Shown piece after piece: positions 40,551 to 53,149 of a stretch of DNA of 64,000 nt. Made by a program: the position numbers and the translations under genes. Within the stretch, counting starts at the first letter, position 1; each line of letters opens with the position of its first letter. Source of the stretch: Escherichia coli. GTDB lineage: Bacteria; Pseudomonadota; Gammaproteobacteria; Enterobacterales; Enterobacteriaceae. The stretch lies in assembly GCF_050920415.1 (NCBI RefSeq), contig NZ_CP169309.1. One strand, written 5' to 3'. Below the pieces are notes generated by a model. That model was given only the letters and a program-made list of their open reading frames with translations, did not search any database and was not told where the DNA came from.

Positions 40551-40937
40551 ATGTACGACAATCTGAAAAGTCTGGGTATTACCAATCCTGAAGAAATTGA
40601 TCGTTACAGCCTCCGGCAGGAAGCCAACAACGATATTCTGAAAATCTATTTCCAGAAAGACAAAGGCGAGTTTTTCGCCAAGAGCGTGAAATTTAAATAT
40701 CCACGTCAGCGCAAAACGGTAGTCGCTGATGGTGTGGGTCAAGGTTATAAAGAAGTACAGGAAATCAGCCCGAACCTGCGGTATATCATTGATGAACTTG
40801 ATCAAATCTGCCAGCGTGACCGCAGCGAAGTTGATCTTAAGCGTAAGATCCTCGACGACTTACGTCACCTGGAGTCAGTAGTAACCAATAAGATCAGCGA
40901 GATTGAAGCCGATCTGGAAAAACTGACGCGTAAATAA
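40551..40937 (+). CDS. yaeH: Conserved protein YaeH (UPF0325), function unknown
   Basis: 128-aa [45 protein letters not shown].... Confidence 0.88.
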   Translation: MYDNLKSLGITNPEEIDRYSLRQEANNDILKIYFQKDKGEFFAKSVKFKYPRQRKTVVADGVGQGYKEVQEISPNLRYIIDELDQICQRDRSEVDLKRKILDDLRHLESVVTNKISEIEADLEKLTRK

Positions 40938-40950
40938 TGTCATTCTGTGG

Positions 40951-40980
40951 GCCGGGTAAAGTCTCACCCGGCTGTAATTT
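40951..40980. terminator. Hairpin between convergent yaeH and cdaR
   Basis: GCCGGGT-AAAGTCTC-ACCCGGC stem followed by TGTAATTTTGT on the plus strand. Confidence 0.5.
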
Positions 40981-40990
40981 TGTAATCGAC

Positions 40991-42148
40991 CTACCGCTCT
41001 TCATCCAGTTGTAACGCCACATACAGCAGCAACCTGTCATCAAAATTGCCCAAATCAAGCCCGGTCAGTTCCGATATACGATTAAGCCGATACTCAAGAG
41101 TATTACGATGAATAAACAACGCCTTTGACGTTGCCAGCGGTTGCACATTGTGGCGAAACCACGCCGCCAGCGTTCGCCGCAGCAAGCCGTTATTGTCCAT
41201 CGCTTTCAGCCGCGCCAGCGGTCGCGCCAGTTCGTTGGCCTGCCAGTCGCCACGCAAACTGTCGAGCAACACAGGCAACATCAGATCCTGATAAAAATAG
41301 CAGCGACTTTCGGGCATCCGCTGTTTACCCACCACCATCGTCGTTTTCGCCGTACGATAAGAGCGGGCAATACTGCCTGGTCCGGTAAAATAGTTACCCA
41401 GCGAAACGCGAAAACGTAGCTGACCATACTCTTTCATGCGGGCAATCAGTTGTTCAACTCGCTTACGATGATCTTCTGCATCCCAGCGCCCAAACGAATT
41501 CAACGCCGGTTTCAACACCACCATTTCGGTCAGTGAAACAATCGCCACCAGATTATTACGCTCGGGTGTAGTCAGCGCGTTTTGCAGTTGCTGTAACTCC
41601 GCCATTGCGCTGTCCACGCCAAGTTGACCGCTATCGACCTCAACAATAGCCACCACTCGCGGTTGATTGAGATCGATCCCCAGCCGTTGCGCCCATTCAG
41701 TGAGTGCAGGAGTATTCTCCTCCGCCTGAATCAGGTTCATCACCAGTTCTTCCCGCAAACGGCTATCCTGCGCCAACAGATGCATCAACCGCGACTGTTC
41801 CAGCATCATTTCAGCCGTCATGCAGACCAGTTCGCCATATTTACGCAGATTCTCTGGTTCACCAGTCAGGCCGATTACGCCGACAATTTCACCTTCCAGC
41901 CGTAATGGTAGATTAATCCCCTGCCGCACACCGTGCAGATGACGTGCCACCGCGTCATCGATATCAACTACTCGTCCCTGTGAAAGTACCAGCAATGCAC
42001 CTTCGTGCAATTCACCAATACGCTCACGATCGCCGCTGCCGATAATACGCCCGCGGGCATCCATTACGTTAATATTGGTATCAATGATGCGCATGGTGCG
42101 CGCCACGATATCCTGCGCCATTTTGGTATCAAGATGCCAGCCAGCCAT
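40991..42148 (-). CDS. cdaR: Carbohydrate diacid regulator CdaR (SdaR)
   Basis: 385-aa protein MAGWHLDTKMAQDIVARTMRII... with C-terminal HTH. The track ORF is extended 6 codons upstream. Confidence 0.93.
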   Translation of the reverse strand: MAGWHLDTKMAQDIVARTMRIIDTNINVMDARGRIIGSGDRERIGELHEGALLVLSQGRVVDIDDAVARHLHGVRQGINLPLRLEGEIVGVIGLTGEPENLRKYGELVCMTAEMMLEQSRLMHLLAQDSRLREELVMNLIQAEENTPALTEWAQRLGIDLNQPRVVAIVEVDSGQLGVDSAMAELQQLQNALTTPERNNLVAIVSLTEMVVLKPALNSFGRWDAEDHRKRVEQLIARMKEYGQLRFRVSLGNYFTGPGSIARSYRTAKTTMVVGKQRMPESRCYFYQDLMLPVLLDSLRGDWQANELARPLARLKAMDNNGLLRRTLAAWFRHNVQPLATSKALFIHRNTLEYRLNRISELTGLDLGNFDDRLLLYVALQLDEER

Positions 42149-42266
42149 AAGTCCTCCGTTATGCACGGCTTAGCATAAGGAAGTACGTAACGTACGGCAT
42201 TGTGCAAATGCCCAAAGGATGAGGAAGATGTATGGAGTTGTGGTGAAGTTCACAGATTGTAAGGAG

Positions 42267-42294
42267 AACCCCTTCCCGTTTTCAGGAAGGGGTT
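42267..42294 (-). terminator. Hairpin downstream of degP (putative terminator)
   Basis: AACCCCTTCC-loop-GGAAGGGGTT perfect 10-bp inverted repeat just 3' of the degP stop. No strong U-tract. Confidence 0.45.
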
Positions 42295-42302
42295 GAGGAA
42301 GA

Positions 42303-43727
42303 TTACTGCATTAACAGATAGATGGTGCTGTCGCCGCGCTGAATATTCAGTGCCAGCACAGACGGTTTGCTGTCGAGAACTTTACGCAGTTCAGCGATGT
42401 TTTTCACTGCCTGCTGGTTCGCACCAATAATCACATCACCTTTCTTCAGGCCGATCTGCGCAGCCGGAGTGCCCGTTTTCACGTTGTTCACCACCACGCC
42501 CTGATCTTTGCCTTTGTTGCTCATCTCAGCGCCTTCAATGCCGTTGAAGATGGTGCTGGAATCAACCTGATTCTGGCTGCTCTGCTGCAGTTCCAGGTTC
42601 ACGTTAACCTGCTTCCCGTCGCGCAGTAAGCCCAGGGTCAGTTTGCTGCCTACCGGCATAGTGCCCACCTGAGCACGCAGTGCGGCAAAGCTGCTGATTG
42701 GCTTACCGTTCAGTGAGGTGATCACATCACCCGCTTTAATGCCCGCTTTCGCGGCGGAAGAGTTCGGCAGAACCTGGCTTACGAAAGCACCGCGCTGGGC
42801 GTCAACTTTCATCGCTTTCGCCAGATCGGAGTTCAGCTCAGTGCCCATAATACCCAGCTCACCACGTTTCACCTGGCCGTATTCCACCATCTGCGAGGTC
42901 AGGTTTTTCACCATGTTGCTCGGGATAGCAAAACCGATACCGATGTTTCCGCCGTCCGGTGCGAGGATCGCGGTGTTGATACCAATCAGTTCGCCGTTCA
43001 GGTTAACCAGCGCGCCACCAGAGTTACCCCGGTTGATCGCAGCATCGGTCTGGATGAAGTTTTCATAGTTTTCGGCATTCAGACCGCTACGCCCCAGCGC
43101 AGAGACAATCCCGGAAGTTACCGTCTCGCCCAGACCAAACGGGTTACCAATTGCTACGGTGTAATCACCCACGCGCAGTGCATCAGAATCCGCCATCTTA
43201 ATTGCGGTCAGATTTTTCGGGTTCTGGATCTGGATCAGCGCGATATCAGAGCGCGGATCTTTGCCAACCATCTTCGCGTCGAACTTACGACCATCGCTCA
43301 GCTGGACTTTAATCACCGTCGCGTTATCAACAACGTGGTTGTTGGTGACGACATAGCCTTTATCGGCATCAATGATGACGCCGGAACCCAGCGCCATGAA
43401 TTTCTGTTGTTGGCCGCCGCCATTACCGCCCTGGCCCCCCTGGCAGAACGGAGAGCTCTGGAACGGAGAACCTTCCTGGCAGAACGGAGAATCATCACCG
43501 AAGAACTGCTGGAAATTACGCGGCATACGCGGCGTATTAACGGTTGTGCTACCTTCTACGTTAATGCTGACCACTGAAGGCATCACCTTTTCGAGCATCG
43601 GTGCAAGGCTTGGCATCTGCTGGGCTGTCGTTGCTGAAGAAGTCTCAGCCGCCGTTGCAGAGAGCGGAGATAACGCCAAACCTAAACTCAGAGCCAGTGC
43701 ACTCAGTGCTAATGTGGTTTTTTTCAT
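42303..43727 (-). CDS. degP: Periplasmic serine endoprotease DegP (HtrA)
   Basis: 474-aa ORF with signal peptide, trypsin-like domain (GNSGGAL), Q/G-rich loop and two PDZ domains. Confidence 0.97.
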   Translation of the reverse strand: MKKTTLALSALALSLGLALSPLSATAAETSSATTAQQMPSLAPMLEKVMPSVVSINVEGSTTVNTPRMPRNFQQFFGDDSPFCQEGSPFQSSPFCQGGQGGNGGGQQQKFMALGSGVIIDADKGYVVTNNHVVDNATVIKVQLSDGRKFDAKMVGKDPRSDIALIQIQNPKNLTAIKMADSDALRVGDYTVAIGNPFGLGETVTSGIVSALGRSGLNAENYENFIQTDAAINRGNSGGALVNLNGELIGINTAILAPDGGNIGIGFAIPSNMVKNLTSQMVEYGQVKRGELGIMGTELNSDLAKAMKVDAQRGAFVSQVLPNSSAAKAGIKAGDVITSLNGKPISSFAALRAQVGTMPVGSKLTLGLLRDGKQVNVNLELQQSSQNQVDSSTIFNGIEGAEMSNKGKDQGVVVNNVKTGTPAAQIGLKKGDVIIGANQQAVKNIAELRKVLDSKPSVLALNIQRGDSTIYLLMQ

Positions 43728-43772
43728 GTATTTCAGTCTCGATTAACAGATAACGCAAAATTGCTGTGTTCT

Positions 43773-43800
43773 TCAGATTCGTTTTATAGCGCGAAGTTCC
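43773..43800 (-). promoter_or_regulatory. sigmaE-type promoter of degP
   Basis: Minus-strand GGAACTT, 16-nt spacer, TCTGA, matching the sigmaE -35/-10 consensus, about 45-70 nt upstream of the degP start. Confidence 0.65.
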
Positions 43801-43856
43801 GAACTAAAGTTTCTGCAAAAGGTAAAAATTTATTGTTCGTCTTTACAAAAGCCTGG

Positions 43857-45374
43857 TTATTGTTCTACGGCCATCAGACGTCGGTATTCATCCCAGGCAT
43901 AGAGGTCGGTCATACCGCTGATATAATCCTGCAGCAGGCGGCAACGGTAATAATATTCCCATAGCGGAAACTCAGGAGAATCTGACGGTAATTTACTGAC
44001 AGCCTCGACATAGGCCAGCCGATGGCGCGTCGAGAGTTTGTGGAATAAGCGCGATTCAATAGGGAAACGTTTCACCCGTTCTTTTTCTACCAGTTCAGTA
44101 AAGTCTGATAACGACAGGCTTAATAAAGGGCGATAAATCTCTAATAATCCGCTAATGACCCGATAGCCCTGCAATTCAAGCTGCTCGACATCTGGATGGC
44201 TAAACACATGTTTTACAGCGACATTTTTATATAGCTTTAGAAGATCGCTGCATTCGCTGGCATCTTCCAATAATGCATGATTAAACGTTCCGGCGAAAAT
44301 CGCAGGCAGATTATCAATAAATCGTTGTGCTGCGTAGGGTACCAGTTTATTTAGGGTGTTTACCCGTAAATACATAAAAAACTGATCTTCCGTACTGCGG
44401 CTTAAACTATTTGAGCGTGATTTTTCCCAGGCATTTTCAACCACCAGCGAAAAGAGCGAACCTTTCTCATGCTGGCCCCACGCTTCGTGCAAATGATGAT
44501 AAAGCTGCTCAACGCTGAATATTCTTTTCTCTACCGCATCTTCAAGATCTGCCACACAATAGGAGATGTCGTCGGCAGCTTCCATAATCCACGTTAATGG
44601 AAAACGACTGTAAAGCGCCAAATTAAGTTCTTTACGCAACCGGGCAATATAAGCTTCTTCAGAAAGATAATAACCCGGCTTTTTCATTAAATAGTGATGT
44701 GTCTCAGGCGTTTCGCCACGCCACCACGCCGGACGGGTATATTTTAAAATACCGCCAACCTGTGCCCAGGTGAGATTCATCCGCATCAATGTATGCACCA
44801 GACGAATACCTTGTGCATTCCCCTCAAAATGGCATAAGTCCTGACGAATTTTGCGCCGCAGTTCGTTAAGCGGTTCTTCCCCTTCCCGTAAACGTAATGC
44901 CACCACGCAGCAGCGATCGTCAGTCAGAGGCTGGCTTTCGGCATCAGCCGGAAACAAACGCTGGCGAAACCAGTCATTTATCGCCGCTTCACCAAAATGG
45001 CCAAACGGCGGATTGCCGATATCGTGCATCAGGCATGACATCTCAACAATACTTTCAAAGGGGCCGGTCAGTTCATCCAGACCATACTCTTCCAGTAATT
45101 TAAGTTCTTTCAGACGGCTTAAAATTTCTTTGGCGATGTAGCGCCCCACCTGCTGGACTTCCATTGAATGGGTTAGACGCGTGCGCACGGCGGCATTTCG
45201 CTCCAGCGGAAAAACCTGGGTCTTTTGTTGCAGACGACGAATTGCCGGAGAGTTAATAATACGCCCGCGATCGCTCTCAAAGATTCGCAGGATCTCATGT
45301 TCGGTTTTAACGCCCTGTGGTGAACGGTAACGACGATGCCAGTTTATTTTTTTTCGGAAATCAATCTGTGCCAT
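43857..45374 (-). CDS. dgt: dGTP triphosphohydrolase
   Basis: 505-aa [24 protein letters not shown]... with HD-domain motifs. Confidence 0.96.
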   Translation of the reverse strand: MAQIDFRKKINWHRRYRSPQGVKTEHEILRIFESDRGRIINSPAIRRLQQKTQVFPLERNAAVRTRLTHSMEVQQVGRYIAKEILSRLKELKLLEEYGLDELTGPFESIVEMSCLMHDIGNPPFGHFGEAAINDWFRQRLFPADAESQPLTDDRCCVVALRLREGEEPLNELRRKIRQDLCHFEGNAQGIRLVHTLMRMNLTWAQVGGILKYTRPAWWRGETPETHHYLMKKPGYYLSEEAYIARLRKELNLALYSRFPLTWIMEAADDISYCVADLEDAVEKRIFSVEQLYHHLHEAWGQHEKGSLFSLVVENAWEKSRSNSLSRSTEDQFFMYLRVNTLNKLVPYAAQRFIDNLPAIFAGTFNHALLEDASECSDLLKLYKNVAVKHVFSHPDVEQLELQGYRVISGLLEIYRPLLSLSLSDFTELVEKERVKRFPIESRLFHKLSTRHRLAYVEAVSKLPSDSPEFPLWEYYYRCRLLQDYISGMTDLYAWDEYRRLMAVEQ

Positions 45375-45457
45375 GTCCTCTCCCGCGTGAGAAATACGCT
45401 TCCCCGTAAGCGCATGGTAAACTATGCCTTCAAATCGGGCTTATCGCGAGTAAATCT

Positions 45458-46156
45458 ATGAAAATCGGCATCATTGGTGCAATGGAAGAAGAAGTTACGC
45501 TGCTGCGTGACAAAATCGAAAACCGCCAAACTATCAGTCTGGGCGGTTGCGAAATCTATACCGGCCAACTGAATGGAACCGAAGTTGCGCTTCTGAAATC
45601 GGGCATCGGTAAAGTTGCTGCGGCACTGGGTGCAACTCTGCTGTTGGAACACTGCAAGCCAGATGTGATTATTAACACCGGTTCTGCTGGTGGCCTGGCG
45701 CCAACGCTGAAAGTGGGCGATATCGTTGTCTCGGACGAAGCACGTTATCACGACGCGGATGTCACGGCATTTGGTTACGAATACGGTCAGTTACCTGGCT
45801 GCCCGGCTGGCTTCAAAGCTGACGATAAACTGATCGCTGCCGCTGAGGCCTGCATTGCCGAACTGAATCTTAACGCTGTACGTGGCCTGATTGTCAGCGG
45901 CGACGCTTTCATCAACGGTTCTGTTGGCCTGGCGAAAATCCGCCACAACTTCCCGCAGGCCATTGCTGTAGAGATGGAAGCGACGGCAATCGCTCATGTC
46001 TGCCACAATTTCAACGTCCCGTTTGTTGTCGTACGCGCCATCTCCGACGTGGCCGATCAACAGTCTCATCTTAGCTTCGATGAGTTCCTGGCTGTTGCTG
46101 CTAAACAGTCCAGCCTGATGGTTGAGTCACTGGTGCAGAAACTGGCACATGGCTAA
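45458..46156 (+). CDS. mtn: 5'-methylthioadenosine/S-adenosylhomocysteine nucleosidase
   Basis: 232-aa [39 protein letters not shown].... Confidence 0.97.
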   Translation: MKIGIIGAMEEEVTLLRDKIENRQTISLGGCEIYTGQLNGTEVALLKSGIGKVAAALGATLLLEHCKPDVIINTGSAGGLAPTLKVGDIVVSDEARYHDADVTAFGYEYGQLPGCPAGFKADDKLIAAAEACIAELNLNAVRGLIVSGDAFINGSVGLAKIRHNFPQAIAVEMEATAIAHVCHNFNVPFVVVRAISDVADQQSHLSFDEFLAVAAKQSSLMVESLVQKLAHG

Positions 46157-46949
46157 GTCACTGTTCAGGGCGCTGGTCGCCCTGTCTTTTCTCGCCCCTC
46201 TGTGGCTCAACGCCGCACCGCGCGTCATCACGCTTTCACCCGCCAACACTGAACTTGCTTTTGCCGCCGGGATCACGCCGGTTGGGGTCAGCAGTTATTC
46301 CGACTACCCTCCACAAGCGCAAAAGATTGAGCAGGTTTCAACCTGGCAGGGGATGAATCTCGAACGCATTGTGGCCCTTAAACCCGATCTGGTGATTGCC
46401 TGGCGTGGAGGTAATGCCGAGCGGCAGGTTGACCAGTTAGCTTCGCTGGGAATAAAAGTGATGTGGGTCGATGCGACAAGCATTGAACAAATTGCCAATG
46501 CGTTACGTCAACTGGCCCCCTGGAGCCCACAACCGGACAAGGCTGAACAAGCCGCGCAATCCCTGCTGGACCAGTACGCACAATTGAAAGCGCAATATGC
46601 TGATAAACCTAAAAAACGTGTTTTTCTGCAATTCGGCATTAATCCGCCATTTACCAGTGGAAAAGAGTCGATTCAAAACCAGGTACTCGAAGTTTGTGGC
46701 GGAGAAAACATCTTTAAAGACAGCCGGGTTCCCTGGCCGCAAGTTAGCCGCGAACAGGTGTTAGCACGCGCGCCACAGGCGATTGTCATTACAGGTGGAC
46801 CGGACCAAATTCCTAAAATCAAACAATACTGGGGTGAACAGCTCAAAATTCCCGTTATTCCTCTCACGAGTGACTGGTTTGAACGTGCAAGCCCACGTAT
46901 TATCCTCGCTGCACAACAGCTCTGTAATGCGCTTTCACAGGTAGATTAG
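46149..46949 (+). CDS. btuF: Vitamin B12 periplasmic binding protein
   Basis: 266-aa protein [31 protein letters not shown]... The track ORF is extended 9 codons upstream. Start overlaps the mtn 3' end by 8 nt. Confidence 0.94.
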   Translation: MAKSLFRALVALSFLAPLWLNAAPRVITLSPANTELAFAAGITPVGVSSYSDYPPQAQKIEQVSTWQGMNLERIVALKPDLVIAWRGGNAERQVDQLASLGIKVMWVDATSIEQIANALRQLAPWSPQPDKAEQAAQSLLDQYAQLKAQYADKPKKRVFLQFGINPPFTSGKESIQNQVLEVCGGENIFKDSRVPWPQVSREQVLARAPQAIVITGGPDQIPKIKQYWGEQLKIPVIPLTSDWFERASPRIILAAQQLCNALSQVD

Positions 46950-46986
46950 CGCCTGATCTTTTCAGGTGCTCAGTGGGGATAGAACA

Positions 46987-47610
46987 ATGCTCGTCTATTG
47001 GCTGGATATAGTCGGCACAGCGGTATTTGCCATCTCCGGCGTTTTGTTAGCCGGAAAATTGCGTATGGACCCTTTTGGTGTCCTGGTATTAGGCGTGGTT
47101 ACCGCAGTAGGCGGCGGGACAATTCGCGACATGGCGCTGGATCACGGCCCGGTCTTTTGGGTGAAAGATCCCACCGATCTGGTTGTTGCAATGGTGACCA
47201 GCATGCTGACGATCGTGCTGGTGCGCCAGCCAAGACGCTTACCGAAATGGATGTTGCCGGTGCTGGATGCCGTTGGTCTGGCGGTGTTTGTCGGCATTGG
47301 CGTGAATAAAGCCTTTAATGCGGAAGCCGGTCCGTTGATCGCGGTTTGTATGGGCGTCATTACTGGCGTTGGCGGCGGGATCATTCGTGATGTACTGGCC
47401 CGCGAAATCCCCATGATTTTACGCACAGAAATCTACGCAACGGCCTGTATTATCGGCGGTATTGTCCACGCTACGGCTTATTACACATTTTCCGTGCCCC
47501 TGGAAACAGCCAGTATGATGGGCATGGTCGTGACGCTATTGATTCGACTGGCGGCTATTCGTTGGCATCTTAAGCTACCGACGTTTGCGCTGGATGAGAA
47601 TGGGCGTTGA
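46987..47610 (+). CDS. yadS: UPF0126/TRIC-like inner-membrane protein
   Basis: 207-aa hydrophobic protein MLVYWLDIVGTAVFAISGVLLAG... with two internally repeated halves (GGGxIRD motif twice). Confidence 0.88.
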   Translation: MLVYWLDIVGTAVFAISGVLLAGKLRMDPFGVLVLGVVTAVGGGTIRDMALDHGPVFWVKDPTDLVVAMVTSMLTIVLVRQPRRLPKWMLPVLDAVGLAVFVGIGVNKAFNAEAGPLIAVCMGVITGVGGGIIRDVLAREIPMILRTEIYATACIIGGIVHATAYYTFSVPLETASMMGMVVTLLIRLAAIRWHLKLPTFALDENGR

Positions 47611-47620
47611 AGAGAGGAGA

Positions 47621-47645
47621 TGTGCCGGATAGCTTATCCGGCACA
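47621..47645. repeat. Perfect inverted repeat between convergent yadS and erpA
   Basis: TGTGCCGGATA-GCT-TATCCGGCACA, 11-bp perfect arms. No canonical U-tract on either strand. Confidence 0.6.
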
Positions 47646-47656
47646 CGAATAAGAGA

Positions 47657-48001
47657 TTAGATGCTGAAGGAAGAACCGCAACCGCAGGTGCTTTTCGCGT
47701 TCGGGTTGGTCACGATGAAACGAGAACCTTCCAGACCTTCGGTATAGTCAACGGAACCGCCGACCAGATATTGCAGGCTCATCGGGTCAACCACCAGGCC
47801 TACGCCCTGTTTTTCGATGGTCATATCGCCTTCATTCACCTGATCATCAAAGGTGAAACCATACTGGAAGCCGCTACAACCGCCACCGGTGATATACACG
47901 CGTAATTTCAGATTCGGGTTATCTTCGTCAGCGATCAGGCTTTTAACTTTGTTGGCTGCTGCGTCGGTAAACTCCAGCGGCAGTGCTACGTCATCACTCA
48001 T
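47657..48001 (-). CDS. erpA: Iron-sulfur cluster insertion protein ErpA (A-type carrier)
   Basis: 114-aa protein [20 protein letters not shown]... with C-terminal CGCGSSF motif. The track ORF is extended 11 codons upstream. Confidence 0.95.
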
Positions 48002-48082
48002 ATTTTGCTCCAAACGACATCGGCAATTGGGCAAATTCTAACCCAATAATAATCGCCATTATCTAATACCCTGGTATTTCGT

Positions 48083-49522
<1,440 letters not shown>

Positions 49523-49728
49523 TCATACAAATAAGATGACGGCATTTTACTCGCACGTTCCATGAAAATCCTTTGCAAAGCGTAATGTTTCAAATGCACA
49601 AAACTTTTATACTCTAAGAAATCAGGATTGTACCAGTACAAGCAACCTGACGTTTGACGAGTATTTAACTTGTTATGAATAACATAGAATAGCAGCCATT
49701 CACTTTTTCTACGAATCAGGAACCCTCC

Positions 49729-51009
49729 ATGAGTAAGTCTGAAAATCTATACAGCGCAGCGCGCGAGCTGATCCCTGGCGGTGTGAACTCCCCTGTTCGC
49801 GCCTTTACCGGCGTGGGCGGCACTCCACTGTTTATCGAAAAAGCGGACGGCGCTTATCTGTACGATGTTGATGGCAAAGCCTATATCGATTATGTCGGTT
49901 CCTGGGGGCCGATGGTGCTGGGCCATAACCATCCGGCGATCCGCAATGCCGTGATTGAAGCCGCCGAACGCGGTCTGAGCTTTGGCGCACCGACCGAAAT
50001 GGAAGTGAAAATGGCGCAACTGGTGACCGAACTGGTCCCGACCATGGATATGGTGCGCATGGTGAACTCCGGCACCGAAGCGACGATGAGCGCCATCCGC
50101 CTGGCCCGTGGTTTTACCGGTCGCGACAAAATCATTAAATTCGAAGGTTGCTACCACGGTCACGCTGACTGTCTGCTGGTAAAAGCCGGTTCTGGCGCAC
50201 TCACTTTAGGCCAGCCAAACTCGCCGGGCGTTCCGGCAGATTTCGCCAAACATACATTAACCTGTACTTATAACGATCTGGCCTCGGTACGCGCCGCGTT
50301 TGAGCAATACCCGCAAGAGATTGCCTGTATTATTGTCGAGCCAGTAGCAGGCAACATGAACTGTGTTCCGCCGCTGCCAGAGTTCCTGCCGGGTCTGCGC
50401 GCACTGTGCGACGAATTTGGCGCATTGCTGATCATCGATGAAGTGATGACCGGTTTCCGCGTGGCGCTGGCTGGCGCGCAGGATTATTACGACGTGGTGC
50501 CAGACCTCACCTGCCTGGGCAAAATCATCGGCGGTGGAATGCCGGTAGGCGCATTCGGTGGTCGTCGTGATGTGATGGATGCGCTGGCCCCAACCGGTCC
50601 GGTCTATCAGGCGGGTACGCTTTCCGGTAACCCGATTGCGATGGCAGCCGGTTTCGCCTGTCTGAATGAAGTCGCGCAGCCGGGCGTTCACGAGACGCTG
50701 GATGAGCTGACAACACGTCTGGCAGAAGGTCTGCTGGAAGCGGCAGAAGAAGCGGGAATTCCATTGGTCGTTAACCACGTTGGCGGCATGTTCGGTATTT
50801 TCTTTACCGACGCCGAGTCCGTGACGTGCTATCAGGATGTGATGGCCTGTGACGTGGAACGCTTTAAGCGTTTCTTCCATATGATGCTGGACGAAGGTGT
50901 TTACCTGGCACCGTCAGCGTTTGAAGCGGGCTTTATGTCTGTGGCGCACAGCATGGAAGATATCAATAACACCATCGATGCTGCACGTCGGGTGTTTGCG
51001 AAGTTGTGA
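49729..51009 (+). CDS. hemL: Glutamate-1-semialdehyde 2,1-aminomutase
   Basis: 426-aa [29 protein letters not shown].... Confidence 0.97.
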   Translation: MSKSENLYSAARELIPGGVNSPVRAFTGVGGTPLFIEKADGAYLYDVDGKAYIDYVGSWGPMVLGHNHPAIRNAVIEAAERGLSFGAPTEMEVKMAQLVTELVPTMDMVRMVNSGTEATMSAIRLARGFTGRDKIIKFEGCYHGHADCLLVKAGSGALTLGQPNSPGVPADFAKHTLTCTYNDLASVRAAFEQYPQEIACIIVEPVAGNMNCVPPLPEFLPGLRALCDEFGALLIIDEVMTGFRVALAGAQDYYDVVPDLTCLGKIIGGGMPVGAFGGRRDVMDALAPTGPVYQAGTLSGNPIAMAAGFACLNEVAQPGVHETLDELTTRLAEGLLEAAEEAGIPLVVNHVGGMFGIFFTDAESVTCYQDVMACDVERFKRFFHMMLDEGVYLAPSAFEAGFMSVAHSMEDINNTIDAARRVFAKL

Positions 51010-51022
51010 TCCAGCATGGTTT

Positions 51023-51106
51023 GTCGGATGCGGCGTAAACGCCTTATCCGACCTACAGATCAGGACCGTTTGTAGGCCCGATAAGACGCCACAGCGTCGC
51101 ATCGGG
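51023..51106. repeat. BIME: two REP palindromic units in inverted orientation between hemL and fhuB
   Basis: GTCGGATGCGGCGTAAACGCCTTATCCGACCTACA, then (as complement) ACCCGATGCGACGCTGTGGCGTCTTATCGGGCCTACA. Confidence 0.75.
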
Positions 51107-51166
51107 TATCCGTTGCCGCGTAAAAGCTTTATCCATCCAGGAGTTAAGGGCCGTTATATGGAAAAA

Positions 51167-53149
51167 TTAACGGCTCTGCTTTCTCAACAAATAGATAAAA
51201 TACGGCGCGCCGATAAAGGTCGACAGCAGCCCCGCTGGGATCTGGAATGGAAACAGCACCATCCGCCCACACCAGTCAGCGAACACCAGCAGTAAACCAC
51301 CCACCAGCGCCGAAATCACAATATGCGGCATCGTCCGTCGAAAGCCCATCATCCGCGCGATATGCGGTGCCATCAGACCAACAAAACTCAACGGTCCAAT
51401 GGTCATTGTCGCGGTCGCCGTCAGGCAAGCCGCCAGCAGCAGTAGCGCAATTCGCGTCGGCGTCAGCGCCATTCCCACTGCTCGTGCGGTATCACCGCCC
51501 AGCGGTAAAATGGTCAGCCAGCGGCGGCACAGCGGGGTAATCGCCAGCAAAATTACCATCACAATTCCCGTGCGCCAGACCTGCGCCTCGGTCGCGTTGT
51601 AGGTCGAACCGGAAATCCACGTCAGCACTTGCGCCATTCGCGGGTCACCACTTGCCTGCAACATCATCAAAAGCATGGTGAACGCGGTACTTAAGGCCAT
51701 CCCCGCCAGTAACATGCGGTGTGGGGAAAATCCACCGCGTCCGGCAGCGATCATAATGATCAACAGCGTCACCGCCGCGCCGAGACTGCCCGCGGGTAAC
51801 AGCCAGCCAAAGGCATTACCCGGCACCAAAAACAGCATCAATACCACACCAAACGCCGCGCCGGAACTAATCCCCAGCACTTCCGGGCTTGCCATCGGGT
51901 TTCCGGTCAGCCGCTGAATAATACAGCCCGCCACTGCCAGCATGATGCCCGCAAACAGTGCCGCCATAATTCGCGGCCAGCGCCAGGGCATTAAATCATC
52001 GAGCAGCGCCCCGCTCGCCCACGTCCAGCCGTGCGCATCACGACCAAACGACAGCGCCACCACCACAGCAATTATCAGCAGCACACCGCCAGCAAGGGCA
52101 AACGCCAGCACATGTTGGCGTTCAGTCGCGACACGATCGTTGGCCTTCATATCCGGCGCACTGATGCTGCGTAAACGCGGCAGCAGCCACAGCAGCAGCG
52201 GCGCACCGATGAGCGCAGTGACCGAACCGGTAGAAACTTCCATCCACACGCGAGTCAGCCAGAGGATGATTTGATCGGAAAGCCAGAGGATCAGCGCACC
52301 AATCAGTGACGCCAGCAGCAGTCTTGGCAGCAGACGCCGCGCCCCCAGCATTTTTGCCAGCAGCGGCGCGAACAACCCGATAAAGCCGATAATCCCCACC
52401 GCGTTCACCAGCAGCGCACTGATGACTATCGCCAGCGACAGCGCCGCCAGACGCGCGAGCGACAAGGCCAGCCCGAGATTGCGCGCCACGCCATCATCAA
52501 GCCCCATCAGGGTTAACGGACGAAGTAGCAGTAACGTCAGCATCACGCCGCCCAGCAACTGCGGCCATAAACGCTCAACGCCGCCCCAGTCGGTTTGCGT
52601 CAGCGTTCCGGTGCTCCACAGGAACATGCTTTGTAGCTGGTCGTGATGGAAGATAACCAGTAACTGATTGATTGCCCCGCAATAAAGGCTCACCACAAGC
52701 CCCGCGAGGATCAGCGTTACCGGAGAAAGCCGTTTCCCCCACGCGACGCCAAAGACAATTAAGCCAACCACACAAGCCCCTGCCAATGCAGCAAACTGGC
52801 TCGCCATCGCACCAGGGATCGCCCAGAGCGTGGTGACGGTAATCCCCAGTTGCGCGCCTGTAGCAACGCCCAACGTCGTCGGTTCCGCCAGCGGGTTACG
52901 CAGCACTTGCTGAAACAGCACGCCCACCAGCCCCAGGCCCGCGCCCACCAGCAGCAAAATCGCCAGACGCGGTAACAAGCTGTAGTGAAAAATCATCTGC
53001 TCGATGACATCGATATCCGGCGACCAGGTGGCCTGCACCCACTGGCTACGCGGCAGCGCCTGCGAGAAGTTCATCCAGGTGAGCATCGCTGCGGCAATCA
53101 CCAGCAGCGCCAACAATAACGCCGGGAAAAGCGCAATACGTTTACTCAC
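51167..53149 (-). CDS. fhuB: Ferrichrome ABC transporter permease
   Basis: 660-aa ORF with duplicated FecCD-type permease halves. 4-nt overlap with fhuD. Confidence 0.96.
   Translation of the reverse strand: MSKRIALFPALLLALLVIAAAMLTWMNFSQALPRSQWVQATWSPDIDVIEQMIFHYSLLPRLAILLLVGAGLGLVGVLFQQVLRNPLAEPTTLGVATGAQLGITVTTLWAIPGAMASQFAALAGACVVGLIVFGVAWGKRLSPVTLILAGLVVSLYCGAINQLLVIFHHDQLQSMFLWSTGTLTQTDWGGVERLWPQLLGGVMLTLLLLRPLTLMGLDDGVARNLGLALSLARLAALSLAIVISALLVNAVGIIGFIGLFAPLLAKMLGARRLLPRLLLASLIGALILWLSDQIILWLTRVWMEVSTGSVTALIGAPLLLWLLPRLRSISAPDMKANDRVATERQHVLAFALAGGVLLIIAVVVALSFGRDAHGWTWASGALLDDLMPWRWPRIMAALFAGIMLAVAGCIIQRLTGNPMASPEVLGISSGAAFGVVLMLFLVPGNAFGWLLPAGSLGAAVTLLIIMIAAGRGGFSPHRMLLAGMALSTAFTMLLMMLQASGDPRMAQVLTWISGSTYNATEAQVWRTGIVMVILLAITPLCRRWLTILPLGGDTARAVGMALTPTRIALLLLAACLTATATMTIGPLSFVGLMAPHIARMMGFRRTMPHIVISALVGGLLLVFADWCGRMVLFPFQIPAGLLSTFIGAPYFIYLLRKQSR

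Noticed and set aside
40308-40805. Three small minus-strand ORFs (60-90 aa) across the yaeI 3' end, the yaeI-yaeH spacer and yaeH
   Set aside because: They are antisense to or overlap real genes, lack an RBS, and have non-protein-like composition. The spacer more likely holds the yaeH promoter.
43380-43500. Q/G-rich low-complexity tract in degP (QGGQGGNGGGQQQ) as a possible repeat or insertion
   Set aside because: In-frame within an otherwise canonical DegP. It corresponds to the flexible regulatory loop region of HtrA proteases, not a foreign insertion.
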